Source: Trichoplax adhaerens
Lineage: Eukaryota > Animalia > Placozoa
Length of the DNA: 64,000 nt
Direction of reading: 5' to 3'
Assembly: GCF_000150275.1 (NCBI RefSeq)
Contig: NW_002060951.1
Location: forward strand, 401,088-465,087
In this document: positions 1 through 15,029 of the stretch, in pieces
Position numbering within the stretch: position 1 is the first letter of the stretch
Layout: every line of letters begins with the position of its first letter
The notes under the pieces: generated by a model
Seen by the model: the letters and a program-made list of their open reading frames with translations, nothing else
The model's database searches: none
What the model was told of the DNA's origin: nothing
Translations under genes and position numbers: made by a program

Positions 1-3000
1 AGATTCTATTATATTAATAACACGGCACGCAAGCAAATCAATCCTTTTTATTAATTTGAATAGAGGCGATTATTCATTTACTATGATATGGGTCGAATTT
101 CTCGTGAGATTTTTATTCTATCAAAGTGTTACCTATTCAATTGTTGTGTTGCTTCTCTTATTATAGCAGTAACGTCTGATATATTCACATGACGATAATT
201 TAATATTCTAAAATATCAATATGAACGGAAATTATTCTTCTACTAACCTGGTATCAAGACTTTAATAGGAATCGATTTTTTTATTGCAAGGGCAGTATGA
301 AATCAATCAAGAAAAATATTTGTCTGGGATTAGATAAAACATCATTGTCCATATATACTATCTGTAATACACAGCGAGTTTTTAAATTTCAAATTTTCCG
401 TTGCCGTGATAATCGAAAACTAAGTTGATAAGCAGCATACTATAAATTACATTAACAATACTGTAGTTAGTTAGTTACGATTGATCATATGTAGATGTTA
501 AGGGATATACTTGGATTGTTGCAATATTAAATTTAAATATTAAAAAAATTATATCATTAATTCGTATCATGATGGCAACAATGTCGATAATTATAATTAA
601 TGTCCCTAGAAATAAAAAGAATAGCTAGAGAAGTATATTTCCTTACAATAAAATTATAACGCATAAATATTTGTTTAACAACTCAAATACAATTTGTTCG
701 ATCTATAGCAAAAATTTTTTAACGGGTAGTGTTATCGATACTAAATGTTATTTTTTAAAAGAAAGCAGCTTAAATTCTCCAAAAAATATTGCAGAAAATA
801 ATTGTTTTTCATACAGCGGAGGCAATTTTGATGATAAATTCCATCGATATTTTATTTTAATTTTGAAGAAGCTTTATTTTTAATTTTCGATCTTGGATGT
901 CGTCTCACTGGGAAGTGTTTTCCCTTTGAGTTGAAAGCCTTACTGTATCAATTACTCAAGATTAAAATTGATGTAATGTAGTGGATATTAATTTAAAAAA
1001 GAACTGTTTGACTCTACCTTAATGCAAGCACTAAGTTATTGTAATGACAGTTAATCCCCAAGCCCTTTATGTCCTTAAATTAATCCATATAATTATTGCT
1101 GCACCGATATTTTTTAATTATTCAGTTTTTAATCGCTATCAATAGCTAGTATGATTGATAAAATGCTTAAAATTGAGTGATTTAAGGGTACGAGAGAAGA
1201 AGGTTGGAATTAATAACATAATTGATAACATATAATAATTGTAGTAATTATATTTAGTAAAGTTGGATAATCTCAATTGTCTTAAATATTGCTATTGGGC
1301 AAATATATGCAGTTGTTGAGTAATTTGAGCTACAGCAGGTAATACACAGAGCTGAAACGATTATTCCTTCACTGTTTGTATTAATGTTTTTGTTCTGTTT
1401 AATATGCTAACAACTTCAATAAGATCATTCCAACTTGCTAGTAACTTTGATCCAATCCCTCATGAGCAAGTAAATTAGTCATCGATGCTAAGAGAAAAAC
1501 TAATTTGTGTTGATAATATTTCATTAATGTTACAAGAGAATAATTTTTTAATTAACTGTACATTATTTTCCATCGTTATGATAGCTATAAATCTGACATA
1601 ATGCTTTGGTATTTTCATCAATATTTTTCTATACATTTTTTTTACATCCTTCAATTTGAACTATGAGTTCGATATTAAACCAATGTTGTGGATGATTAAG
1701 TAGAAGAATCGATTTGGACATTATATTGGCATCAACTTTCTAGTATTAAAGTTATCGATTAATTTGGTGTATTCTTGAATGTTTCGTCTTGATTAACTAG
1801 AAATAAAGTGACAACAAAATCAAGCAAGTCATTGATCTATCAAAGCGACACCTTGATTGTTTGATGATAATGTCGCATTAAAACCGCCTGCGGTCACTTT
1901 CCATTTGTTCTATTCTTTTAATGTTTATAATCGAATTTGTCGGTCGATATTAATCGAATTCAAAGTAACCTTGGCGGGCCTGTTGTTTGTTTTCTTAATT
2001 TAATCTATAACGATATTACAAATGAAATAGAATAAATAAATTTAAAAATAAAACTCTTGACTAGTCCTATCTATTGACTTTCTATCCGCTGCCAATTACA
2101 ATAGTCCGATTATCAACGTAGAAGCAAAATGATATTTCCATGAAGAGTAGGGAATATCTTTCTCATCTCCTTTTTACTTTGATCCGTATTGTTATTAATA
2201 CTTAGCCAGTAAAGTAGATAAAATCAAGTAGGGTTTGTGTATGCTAGTCATTGCGGTATTCATCAATTTCTTACTACAGAACAGATTCTTACTTTCCTTC
2301 TAGCATTCCCACCCCCGACTGATCAACCAATCCTTCTATTTTGTTATCATTGTTATGAGAATGGTCGATAGCTATGATGAAGATGATGATAGCAGGTCAT
2401 CTTTTTTTAAATTTTTTTGATTACTCTTGATTTACATAAAAAAATAACCAACGTTTCTCCTCCTCTCACTCCTCCATTTGTTTGCTTTTGAGACGTTAGC
2501 AACAATCATGCAGGAGTGAAAGAGCAGGTGGTAACAAGTGAATTTAAACAATGGCTATCAACGGACAATATTGGCCTTAAATTATAAGCCTATTCAGAAT
2601 TGAAGGCTACCGATGGTGAATCAGAATTACCATTTACAAGAGGAATTAAAATGAAAATGGATAATTCAATCGCTTCATTGTACATCTATTTCTTTCTATT
2701 ATCATCAATGACAACACGAACTGGCCAGATGAGTTATATCATCATAACAACAAGATAAAAAAGAAAAAAAAGGAAGATAGACGGATTAAATAAAAAAAGG
2801 GATGGAAAGAATTGATAAAATGTGATGTCCTTATTGAAGCTGGCTACCTTAAAATACGATATTATTTAATTGTCGTAATTGCTAATTATTTGTTTCAAGG
2901 TAACACCATATGTAAAAAAAATAAAATATTGTATATTAACAATAGTGTAAGCTGACCATCCAATCCAGAAAAATCATCTTCATTATTTGTTAAGTAAATT

Positions 3001-4564
3001 ATTGTAAAAAATCAGGTTACGAGTGAGGTTACATAAATTATAAAAATTAAAAAATGTAATAATTTAGCTACGATTGACTATTTCATCATTAAATGTTTAT
3101 TTTACTACACAGAAAGAAGAAAGAAACAAGCGAAGAAAACTTAATTAAAAATATGAAAAATTGATCGATTGGTAACTGGATGATCATCTTCGATGTTGTT
3201 TCCCTTGTAGGATGGATAAATTATACGCGTAGATCAAAACCAATTAAGCATATAATATGTACAAATAAAAATATAATCACGACTACTTTGGCTATCAATC
3301 TCTGTCAGTACATTTGAACGTATAGTATAGAAATATAGACTGTCCAAAATTAATAAAAAGAAATTCATCTTAGCTAATCCATTGTCCGTTAGGATTACTT
3401 ATTAAATCGTCTGTTATTTTTAAACTTCAAATGATATTGTCTATTCAATATTTTCACTAAATTTATCTTAATCGTTCAATACTCTGTCTACCATTTATGT
3501 ATTGTCTTATTAGCCTAACTGCTGCTGTTGTTGTTTGTTGCTTTACGTAATCATTGAATAGATGCCACCCACTATTTAAAGCCCATCATTTTTGCTCCTT
3601 CATCATCTTATAACCAGTTCATCATCTGAGGATTTTTAAGCATAACTATTTCTATTAGGTAAAAGCAATTTTGCCTCCTTAGGAGAAAAAAATATTGCAA
3701 AGGACTTTAAAATTGTACCAGTTTTCATCGAAGAACCATTTGGGAATAACCAGGTTAATAAAAGTTTCAATGATAATGTTTAAATTTCTTATTTGATATC
3801 TAAAATTTTCATCATTTTAAATAGATATATTTCTTTCAATTTTAATCCTTACCATTCTATTTTCAATCTTGCAACATTAAATTAAATCCTTATAAACTAT
3901 AGTATTAATTATATACAAAAAGTTACTGTCTCAATCATTCTGTTAGCTAGATTATCGTAGAATGAGTCATACAGAATAAAGACTACAGGAAGGAATGTGA
4001 TCATTGATTGTAATTTTTGTTCAGTTTGTAGTAATGATTAAAACTATATCTCGTTTCATCAAAAGTGCCATACCAAAGTAGGCAATTTTCTATCTCATTT
4101 TTCTTGGCTAGGAAAATAGTCTCGATACTCCTAAATTGCAAATAATTGTATTTAAATTGTTTTAATATAATTCTAAAATCCGAGTTGCTTTAAGCTACTA
4201 CATATATTTACTCTATTGAGTGAAGTTATGCATTCTATTCGGTAAATATTGACTTACCTATGATATTGCAACCAGCAATATTTATTTAAGCCATTCAAGG
4301 GAGCAATTGCAAATATGTCATTCATGCCTATCGCTCTTTCTTTTTCTTTAATTTTCGACCATGTCAAGATAGAATTTTAATCGATTTATCACGTAATGAA
4401 AAAATTACATGTGTGATTATCAACTGACTGGCAACAAAATTATTATAAGCTAAAGAGATTATCGCTAGCAGCAATATTGAGTCAATATCACTAATGACTG
4501 AGTCTATAATTGCAATGATAATGCTTAATAAGAGGGAAATAATGACAGCTAACTTATTTCTTTG

Positions 4565-7500
4565 ATGACGATTCAAGGATCGACTATGACAGCCAAATCG
4601 CCTAAACTAAGCAATTCGCCATCAATCAGTGATATAAATACAACAACAAGTAATCATTCTGCCGATGGATGCCAGTTATTAGATGCGAGTGACAAAGTTC
4701 AACGTACACCAAAATGTGCTCGTTGTCGTAATCATGGTACCATATCCATATTAAAAGGCCATAAACGTTTCTGTCCGTGGAGAGATTGCACTTGTAGTAA
4801 GTGTAATTTAATTGCTGAAAGGCAGCGAATTATGGCGGCGCAAGTTGCGTTGAGGAGACAACAGGCTCAAGAAGAAATATTGATCAATGAATGCGGTCAC
4901 GATGGCCATGAAGGCGATAGATCATCATGTTGTAGTAGTGACGAATCTGTCGTTCATGTCGATTTTTCTAGACAACCAGGTGGTTTGAAAAGAAAGCACC
5001 ACTCTAAAGACAACGCAGATGATGCCAATTCATCAGGTATGGTGGACAATCGATGTAGTATAATCCATGATGAATATATTTATTTCTTAAAAGTACTAGT
5101 AAAATTTAGATAGAATTATTTTCGGCTTATTATCTAATTATTAAACTAGAAATTATTCGCCTTATTAATTATATTCTCTCTTAAACACTATAAATGTACC
5201 CAAATTTATTCCAAAATGAAATTTAATTACTAAAAAAATAGCAAGTTAGGAGTAACTATGAATAATTTATTGTCAATAGAGAGATTAAAACGATTCGTAT
5301 TCTTTTCACTAAATTCAGTTTCCAAAATGTCTTGATTAAGATGAACGATAGGTCTTCATTATAATAGACAATAATTATAACTACGGTACTATAATATGGC
5401 TTTCTTACACGATTATCTGTAATGCAATGCTATTGCGTGGCATACTCGTACAGTGTATTATTTAGATCAGAAAATAGCTTTGAATATTTTATTAGTTACT
5501 GTCTAATTAAGTAATTTCAGCTGTAGTGAAGTGATAATTGCTCGTTAAATCAGCAGATAATGCTGCTGCTAAATTTTATTTCCTCTTCTGCCATCATTTT
5601 CAAATTTTGGATATCGGTTTTATTTATTTTAGAAAAGACAATTTTGCACTTATTTGAAGGACTCGATCGGCTACAGTAGCACAAACGAGAACGTATTTTG
5701 ATTTATTTTTCATCGGATGATTTCTGTTGTTTTAGAGATAAAGACATCAACCAAATAGCTTTTGTTGATCATAAATCGAGTTGTTATTCTTTTTATCTAC
5801 CAAACTATAATTAATGTTAGCAGATTATAGTGACATGTATAGGAAAAATATGAGTACTAGGAACAAGTGATAGTTCAGCCAAAGTCGTTAGAGTAAAGCA
5901 TATACAAGAAATATTTTATAAATATATCAACACATTGAAGTCGACGGATTATCTTGCAAAGATAAAAAAATATATATTGTGTAGACATTTGGTCTAAAAT
6001 GGTAGATATTACGTCGATTAATACAATAGCTGATGTGGACTAAACTGACATTTTATTTCCTAAAGTCCGACCATAATTGACATAACTATGGTATTCACCG
6101 GCCGCAGAAGATGTTATTTCATAATTTTGAATCACAGTTTAGTTTTTAGCGACAAATAATACATTCACAGTCTGTCGGTGATGTTGTCGAGTTAAAAATA
6201 TAAGGACATTATTGTATTGATAATCGATAAGTACTCTATTTTCTTACAGCCAGTTCGTGATTTATTTTATGCAAGTATCTAAAGCCTTGATAACGATAAA
6301 AGTAGTAAAAATGGCTAACTGATCGTATTCATTAAAGTTCAATCCAATTTACTTTAATTAACCAAGTTGATTCTTTATTCATACTTTCCTGTAAATTGCT
6401 AGATCTATTAATCATTATTATGTTACAATTGCTCTCTGATGTAATTTTTACATCAATTTCTTATTGTTGCTTTTTATAGCTTCGACTATGACATATTGAC
6501 TGTCTAAAATTAGATTACAACACATGATTCACATCAGTATTAGAACTATAGCAAATGATTATCGGATACAATTCTATCGTCTAATCGCTACGTATACATT
6601 AGCTTATTTTTCTATTTCTTCCGTCAGCAATAAATCTAATTATTGACAATAATATCTTTTATCGCCTGCAATTTCGTTGACCGAAAAGGATAAATATGCA
6701 CCTGTTAAAAAGGAATCATTTAATTTGAAATTGGACCATTGTCCCCATTAACTTTTACTGCTTATTTAACTAAGCCGATAATAATATTACTGGGCTTGGT
6801 TTTTGTGTTACACTATTCTTGGTTGCTTGCGATAGACTAATATTAAGTGCTGTTTTATATATAAGCATGTAGATGCAGCTCATACTGTATATAAGCACAT
6901 AGATGCAGCTCATACTGTATACAAGTAAATGAAATCCGTTGAAAATGATAATTAAAACATAAATCATTTAAATAATAATGAAAAATATCACTTTGTTTTA
7001 ACTTATTTCATAGATTAAGGCTAGGATTAACATCTAATTGTTGTTTACAACTCTATCATACCATAGTCAATTGAAATTATATGAAGTAATCTTTTCTAAT
7101 ATATGTTATATTAGTAGCGATTTGTCAAATTTTAGCATACAAATATATGATTTTTAGGGGTAATTTCTCGTGATTAGATCATCGTATGTTGTTTTTATTT
7201 ACTTAAATATTGGCAAGAAGCATTTACTAAAGCTATTAATAATAATTGACATATTTAAAAGAAATCAAATCCGATACAGTATAATTAGGTAACGATGACA
7301 AATTTATCAATGATGGAAACAATCAATAGATTTTTTCTTTTTTATGACGTAAAGTTAACACAACGATAAACAATTAAGATTTGTTCGCGCAGATAACTAT
7401 GATAAATTATCATGTATTGAATATATCCCAGGTGTACTTCATTTTATTGACTAGAATTGATTCTATTCTTTATTTGTTAATAGGAGCAACATCGATTAGT

Positions 7501-9769
7501 GAAAGTAATTTAGAGTTAACTTAATCATTGATTATAATACTTATAAACAAAAGATAGCAAAAAAGCTGTGTCGTAACAACAATATGAAAAATATTTTTAT
7601 TCTTTGTTACAGTCAACATTGATTTGATAGAAATCCAATCGTTTTAATATTTAGGATAATATTGCTATGTCACCGTAAGCGACTATCATCGAATAATATG
7701 ATTCTCGTTGAATTTTTTTCATCAATATAGAGATAGTGTATCGGTATAAGTGATCTGGTTGGCACCGGCTTTGCCAATACAGTATATTTCAATCTAGTAT
7801 TGTATAACTAGAATTTTTATTAGCTTTTTACAAACTGCAAAGGATTGTTTCATTACATGTTGACCCTGGCATGGATATACTACCTATTGAAATTCTCTTT
7901 ATTTTAATATTCAGTATTTGCGTGTACCGAGATTCTTCATTCTATCTTAATTTTTATCAGTTTATAATGCGGATAAATGATTCCTTACATGACAAATAGG
8001 CATTTTTACAAGTTAAAGTTTGACATTAATCTATGCTAACAAGTTTTCATTTTGTATTAAGATTCAAACTTCGCTTGGTTACAATTTATATTACGTGATT
8101 TTAAATTAGATTTGTGAGCTATTATTACGGCTACTCTTTTGTTTATTGAAGGGAAAGATAATTTTGTTATTTCTATTTAATACATTACATTTAGCTATTA
8201 CTGACAATTTGAGAATGTCGATAAAACTTGCAAAATTGCATATGGGCTTAATTACTAAAGAGACAAAAAATTCAATTTTCTATTAGAAGGATATTATTAC
8301 TAATTTCTGCATAATCTTTCAATTATTCATAATAGCTCTTACGTCATTTGTCTGTTAAGCATTTTGGTGACGACATTTTTTTGTGCTAAAGCTTGATTAA
8401 TTGTATTATTACATCCCACCATACTTGCAGTTTATTTTTTATTACGTATTATGGTAATAAAATTTTATAATACAGTAGCTTAGCCAGTCGGGAGTGAGTT
8501 CAGAGGGTAACTGCGATATCATGAAAACGACACAAATCATTACTGACGAGGCAATGATTACGTGCTTTATGGAAAAATCGATAACGGCCAATTACATTTG
8601 TCTTGATGGAGTCACTAGTTATCGTAACATTTATTACAAATGTCACAGTATTGGTTTAAAAATAAAATGATTGAAGAAATGATTACATAATTGCTTTGTT
8701 AAACTGTTTCATTAATCGAGTGATGTAAAATTGGATTCATTTCTCAAGATGTTATAATATGCATGATTAATTAGTACCTTGTTATAACATTCATTTTTCA
8801 TCGTGCTTTCATATAATAGGTGATGCTTATTAAATATCACGAAATTTCACTAGTTATGCATATTCTATCCTTAAATTACAAGAAGTTATTACAGACGTTC
8901 GCATCTAAGTTAATAAATTCACTTCCTTATATAAATAAATATACAGTATACAAAATTTTTAGTATCACATCACAGCTTCCATTACGTTTCAGTAATATTT
9001 ACGAGAATTAAAGTACATTAATTAGATTATCCTAGAAAAAGCTTTAGTAATTATAATCAATAATACGTAAGGATGAAACATAACCCATATTTTCGCTTCA
9101 ATTTTCTCACATATTCTTTGTTGTATATAATTAGATAACAAAATTACAAAGCTGGAAGACAATAATGACGTGGGAAGAGAAAGTACTAATAATCCATCAC
9201 GACTAAATAATCAGGACGCTAATAAAACTTTGAACACAAATATGACCTCTTCAATAGTAGCACCACAACGTGAAGTCCAAGTGTTGCGTGTTACCCCTCC
9301 AAATCATGTAGTGCCGACTTACCATAATCAAGTTTTACAACAGATGTTACAAGGTTATGGCAGAAACAATTTTGTAGCAACTCATGATCACATGAATATA
9401 ACTTCTAAGCCGATAGCATTACCAAATGTTATGCCGCAAATAAATCCGACATTAATTGGTTTGACTGCACCATCAGCACCTCACATACCATTTAACAGAC
9501 CAATTATGACTACTTTTCCACACCTAGATAATTCACGAATGGTAAACGATCTAATGGCACTTGAGTCTTATAAAATGCAAAAACTAAACAATCCCTTGGT
9601 GGGATCTGGTAATGTTGACGAATTTGCTGGAAAAATTCCACCACCATTCTACGGCATGCATGCAACTGGTACAGAGTTATTACCACCATTTCCTGTGATG
9701 TTCGATACTTGCCGAAGTGGACGAGAAGAAGCACGATTGAACAGCCCACGCTATGTTCCTAAATTATAA
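4565..9769 (+). CDS. DMRT: Doublesex/mab-3-related (DM domain) transcription factor, DMRTA-like; 2 coding exons
   Basis: DM domain [12 protein letters not shown]...[42 protein letters not shown]. Exon 1 is 4565-5036 (alternative ATG at 4586), donor G|GTATG, phase 1. Exon 2 is 9135-9769 after TTAG, in matching phase and continuous with the 9170..9769 ORF. About 368 aa. Confidence 0.92.
6857..6924. repeat. 30-bp tandem duplication in the DMRT intron
   Basis: tatataagca(tg/ca)tagatgcagctcatactg twice plus a partial third copy. Confidence 0.85.
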
Positions 9770-10969
9770 CTGAGTCGATAAAATGCATTTGTTAGAGAAA
9801 TCCTACAACGACTTATGAGGCTTCACTTCATACAACAATTGTTTAGAATCTATAAATTATATTCTGTGACTTCTCTAAATAGCGCTAAATGAATGCAAGC
9901 CATAGAGAGAAAGCATCCGTAATTCAAGATACTACACTTTAGCGTGGCTTAATTTTGTTCTTTCTTTGATACCGGTGTATCTTCATAATAGAATACTTCT
10001 ATCTAAAACGGTTAGCCTTTATTCATACTACTTCAGTTACAGTAAGTCTATAAGTTAGGATCAAATTTCGTATTTAATTTCTAGGTTGACTTTGGATGCA
10101 TGTCCTTACGTACTTAAAAGTATTGTATAATTCACTTTCACGATGTAATATTTGTGCTAAAAAGTATTCTTATTCACTTGCGCCAATACTTCTAAATATT
10201 TTGTGTCGTAACTCGATGCGTGCATATCCAGTATCGATAGATATTTAATATAGCAGTAATAAAATTGCATTAAAAACAATTTGGTAATTTTCAACATGTA
10301 ATTAATTCATTCAGTTTATTGTAACAGTTCATTACTAGTCTAGCTGAACGTATTGCGTTCGATTAAAATGTTTTTGTTAACTCCTGCTAAGTGAGTGGAT
10401 GATACTGTATTAATTTTTTAATATAAATAAATCAATGCAATAAATCTTAGCTTATATCAGTAAGTGAAGCATCAATTGTTACGTAGCAGGTGCTGCCTAA
10501 ATCATAAGCAAGGTAATATAATATTCATCAAATATCCTGGGTTTCGATTATAATACCAACGATTAATTCAATTTAGTATCGATCACTCGTTGGAAAGCAT
10601 ATTAAATTACATAAATTCCGAGATTACCATTAATTATAGATTATATTTAAAATATTGAATTGTATTGAATAGTATCTGCTACTTTATATAGTAATCTTGG
10701 ATACTCCTATAAATATTTACATTATAATCTTGCATACAAGAAACGTTGTTACTAAGGCACCAAAAATATTTCTAAAGCTTTAACATTGATCAATAAAGAT
10801 TTGTGAAACATTAATTATTTAATAATAAATGTATTATAGCATTGAAAATGCAACAAATTATAGCTATTCAAGGCTTATGATCGAATAAATTATAACGTAA
10901 AATTGAAATTAACGGTAGAGCTAGCCATGTACTAAAGATTACTAAATTTTCATGTAATCTACAGGATAT

Positions 10970-13900
10970 CTATGAAACGGAGCCGATATTAACCTGCAAT
11001 GCAATTATACAAAATTTTATGCCACCGCGATGATTGTTTCTACCTGCCGTAATAAGCGTTGCTTGGATGAGCTAGAATTGTTTAATACAAAGAATCATGC
11101 ATTTTCAATTTCATAAAATTTATCGGAGGGAAAGGATAAATGATCAATTCAATTTAATAATGATAAAAATACACGTATACTTAAACTGACGTTGGTGATA
11201 TTTGTGACGATCATGACATTCATACAATGTCCACATTTGATTTAACTAGAGAAAGAGAATTCATTTATAAATTCTTTGTTTCTGTACTTTATATTCCAAT
11301 AAATGTGTATAATATTCAACCTCAGTCATTCGTTCTTTAATCAGGTCAGCTCGTTTTTGATGTGAAGGATGTGTCGACAACCACTCTAACTCCGCATTTG
11401 ATGGGTCTTTATTAGCGAGCATTTCCCAAAAATAAGTCGCAGCACGGACATCATAGCACGCCTTCGTAGCAAAATGATATTTTTTATACAATATCGTTGG
11501 ACAACGGATGCAAATAAACAAGGTAAGTAATCTAATAGATCAAATAAAATATCAGTAAATCATACTTTGGTTGCAAGGTTACTGCCTATTAAATCAGCTT
11601 CTACCTCCAATTTTCTCGAATAGGGTCTATGCAAGCAAATCTAGCATAATTTTCCACGCGAGTTAGTGCATTAATAAGTTTTCTTTATAAAGCTAATACG
11701 TATAACATAAGTATACTTACTGAAGCTATAGAATTATGGAACCAATGGGTTACAGCAGCTACAACATCAGTTGGCATTAGTGCCCAAACAAGCCCCAGAG
11801 AGACCGCTGCTAGCAGATCGAAGATATTGAAAAAGCTCAATTGTTCAGCCTGTGAAAAATTCGATTATAATTCATTAATTTATCCGCCTATTTCATAGAC
11901 ACAAAGTGACGTTAATACTAATCTGGGACAAAAAAAAATTTAAAATAGAGACATTAAAATTCTGATGTTATAGTCAGTCTTACCGCATGTGATAGCAAGG
12001 CATGAGCCATTTCATGTCCTAGTAAGAAGGCTAAAGCATCATCGTTGCCAAGTGTTGATAGCATGCCTTTGTATACAAAAATTTGACCATCCTAAATTAT
12101 ATTAAATGATTATCAGTTTAATTGGATCATTCCATTCGTCCAATAATTGAACGGACATCATGTGCTACTTTCAATATTTTTACATTTATGGTATACTGTT
12201 CTATAATATTAATGTTATGTATAGAATTATTATCCATACAAGGATTTATTTGTAGTCATAGCTTCATGGTAAACAAATAAAGTTTCCTAGATTAGAAAGG
12301 CATTACCGGTAAAACGAAAGCATTGACTTCATTAGAATCAATTATATTGATTTCCCAATGTAGCGTATTGATTTGAGGGATGTCGCCATTGTTTTTAATC
12401 AAGCGTGAAACTACGCTCTTTACTCTATGATATTGAGATGAGGTGGTAGGCAGAAGATGTTCACCATTTGCCTGAATTTGTTCATCGTACAACATTTTCC
12501 CTAATGCAATAGATACATTTATTGACAAGGGTAAATTAATCCCTTATACCATATTTTTAACGATTGATAAAATCTATTACTAATTCGTAGTATTGCGGTA
12601 GTAGGGTAGATAGAACGAGTGCTAACTATAATTATCATCATCTAGCGCAGTACCTACAGTAGAATACACATAAGTGTATGTCAATATTATTTTATTTAGG
12701 TAATCTTTTCATTCTTGTAAATTTACAATATAAATTTCAGTAGTAATTTTCAATAGCGATATATTTTAATATATCATACCTAGTCAGTATAGACCGAGTA
12801 ATGTTGTAGCGAGTTGGAGTAAACACTGAATACAAATGCTTTACTAGAATTATGAATATATGAATAGTACAGTATTTAAAAGTTATCGTGTTACATCTTT
12901 GCTGTCAGCTGGTGAGGAAACTACAGTAACACACATCAGTAAACTTCGCTATAAATTAAAACCATTACCTAATCAAGTGTTATGCTGATAATTATATGTA
13001 TAATTAATACAATTTATATGTACGCGTATACTAGTCGATCTCTCGCTCGTTATGCCTAGCGTACTATAGTTGTATCTTTTACTTTACATTATCTAATATA
13101 TGATACAAAATTATCATATCTGCTAATACTAATTATATTCTATTGATACTACATTAACAAACAAGGACAATACAGAATCTAAGTTAGCACTCGTTCTCAG
13201 GAATACAAAGATGTAATACCCGAATTGTAGTTGGTGCTGCGTTATGGAAGCTAAAAGATTTGACTAAATCTTATAGTTCTCTAAATTTTATTGAATAGCT
13301 GAGGTAGGTTTTTGAATAGATTCCTATTGCTCTTTTGAAATATCCTTGGAGTTACCTAGCTCTTGTAAATGTTCATGGCTTAGCATCATTAATCGCGTTC
13401 GACCAGTTAATGGAACGCTTTCGATGTGATTATATATGTAATAAATTCCAGCACCGGTACCGAATAATGCAATAATGTACACTACTTGCTGGTGTCGTTT
13501 TAGCATTCGCTTGTAGTTGTGCTTTTTATGAGTCGGTAGTTTATTCCACCAATACTTTGCAATCCTAAAATATGGTATACAAAATTGGTTGATAGTTAGC
13601 TTAAGGTAGTTACATGCACTTATATACTTGTATTATAATATCCTGCATAATGCAGTATCATCTCACTATCATTAAATGTATTTTGCGAATGGGTTTTTTA
13701 ATGATTACAATCTATTCTACGCGAATGTTCTTATAGACTTTCTTAAAAATAATCTAGGGTATTTGTTAGCAATGGCGATAATTTAGTAGTTCATGTTTAT
13801 TTAGTAATATAATAAATATAAAGCACAGTAACGATAATGTTGCAATGCCTTTCATTACTGTATGCTGTAAACTCGATACCAGATTGTTATAGTTGATCGT

Positions 13901-14447
13901 CTGCAGTATATTGCATTGGTAGTTAATGCAGCACTGTGATCCCTTTCATACTTGATCAATGCACACGTTTGCAATCGATAATTATAATTTTCATGTAGCA
14001 AGACTGATTTGATGTAACTTGAGCTATTTTATTAGTGCTATAATCCGTATCTACGCGCATAGACAAGCCATAATCTCCATGAGCGTATCTTTGCACTATT
14101 TTTGTCAATATGACCATTAATGAATAGTAATAATGCTAACTTGATGAATAAATAGGTGTTATCATTATAGGTTGAACAATTTCTCCTAATTTCAAAATGA
14201 ATTCTTGAGATTCAAGTATTTATACAAGCAGTACATACCTTGCACCCACAATTGCAGCTTTCTTAGCTAAAGGCCCAACTAAAATGATCGCATGATTAGT
14301 ATTGGTAGTATGAATGCTTCTAGTCGTTTTTAATTGAAAATTTGAGGATGGTTTTGCTATCTTGTTTGCAGAGTTATAGGATAAAATGGATGTATAATTG
14401 GTTTTCCAGTTAGTCAATAAACAACGGCGTAACATAATAGAAGACAT
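10970..14447 (-). CDS. OMA1: Mitochondrial metalloendopeptidase OMA1 (peptidase M48)
   Basis: Phase-compatible exons 14447-14239, 13564-13356, 12500-12307, 12091-11984, 11849-11721, 11640-11566, 11461-11321, then 11245 onward (last 2-3 exons and stop uncertain). Motifs: basic presequence-like N-terminus, HIESVPLTGRTR, NAFVLPDGQIFVYKGML, LGHEMAH (HExxH), YSRKLEVEAD, WLSTHPSH. Confidence 0.92.
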
Positions 14448-15029
14448 CCTTGGTTGCTACCGGTACTTTTCTTTCTCTTACATTGCACACACTAGACCAG
14501 TGGCTGTCATAGAACAACCAGATTCGACTGTAGTAACTATCAAGGCGTAAATTTGCTGCAATTCTAATTTTAATCAGTACATTTATATTAGTTATGGTTT
14601 GACGTAGGCTGAAAAAGGCGTGCCAACTAACTCGTTCTACAGCAAGTACAGGTAATTGAAAGTTGTTTGTTGATAAGTGTTTGATCGATAGTACTCTAAA
14701 TCACAGTCTAAGTAGCATCTCTATCTTCACTTTATTACAGCATAATGATGAATCGTTGGACTATTTTAATGTCCACTTACTGTATGCAGTGCGCTAGTAC
14801 TGTAATGCTGTAAGTTTGACAATAATTGTATTTAGGGTTTTACTGTCTGATATACGCGAAGTATCACGGGTGGTTACTGTATTCTACTAGTTAAAATAGT
14901 AGAAGAATGATGCAGTAACAAGTTAACAAGAAAAATAATTTTTACCGTAGATGATCTATTGCGTCTTCTTATGATCAATTTACTCGTTTAACTCTACTTT
15001 TGCTTTTCCTGTGCACGAGAATGTACACT

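Noticed and set aside
2455-2530. Possible stem between ctctcactcct and aggagtgaaagag upstream of DMRT
   Set aside because: Short, imperfect and low-complexity; not distinguishable from chance.
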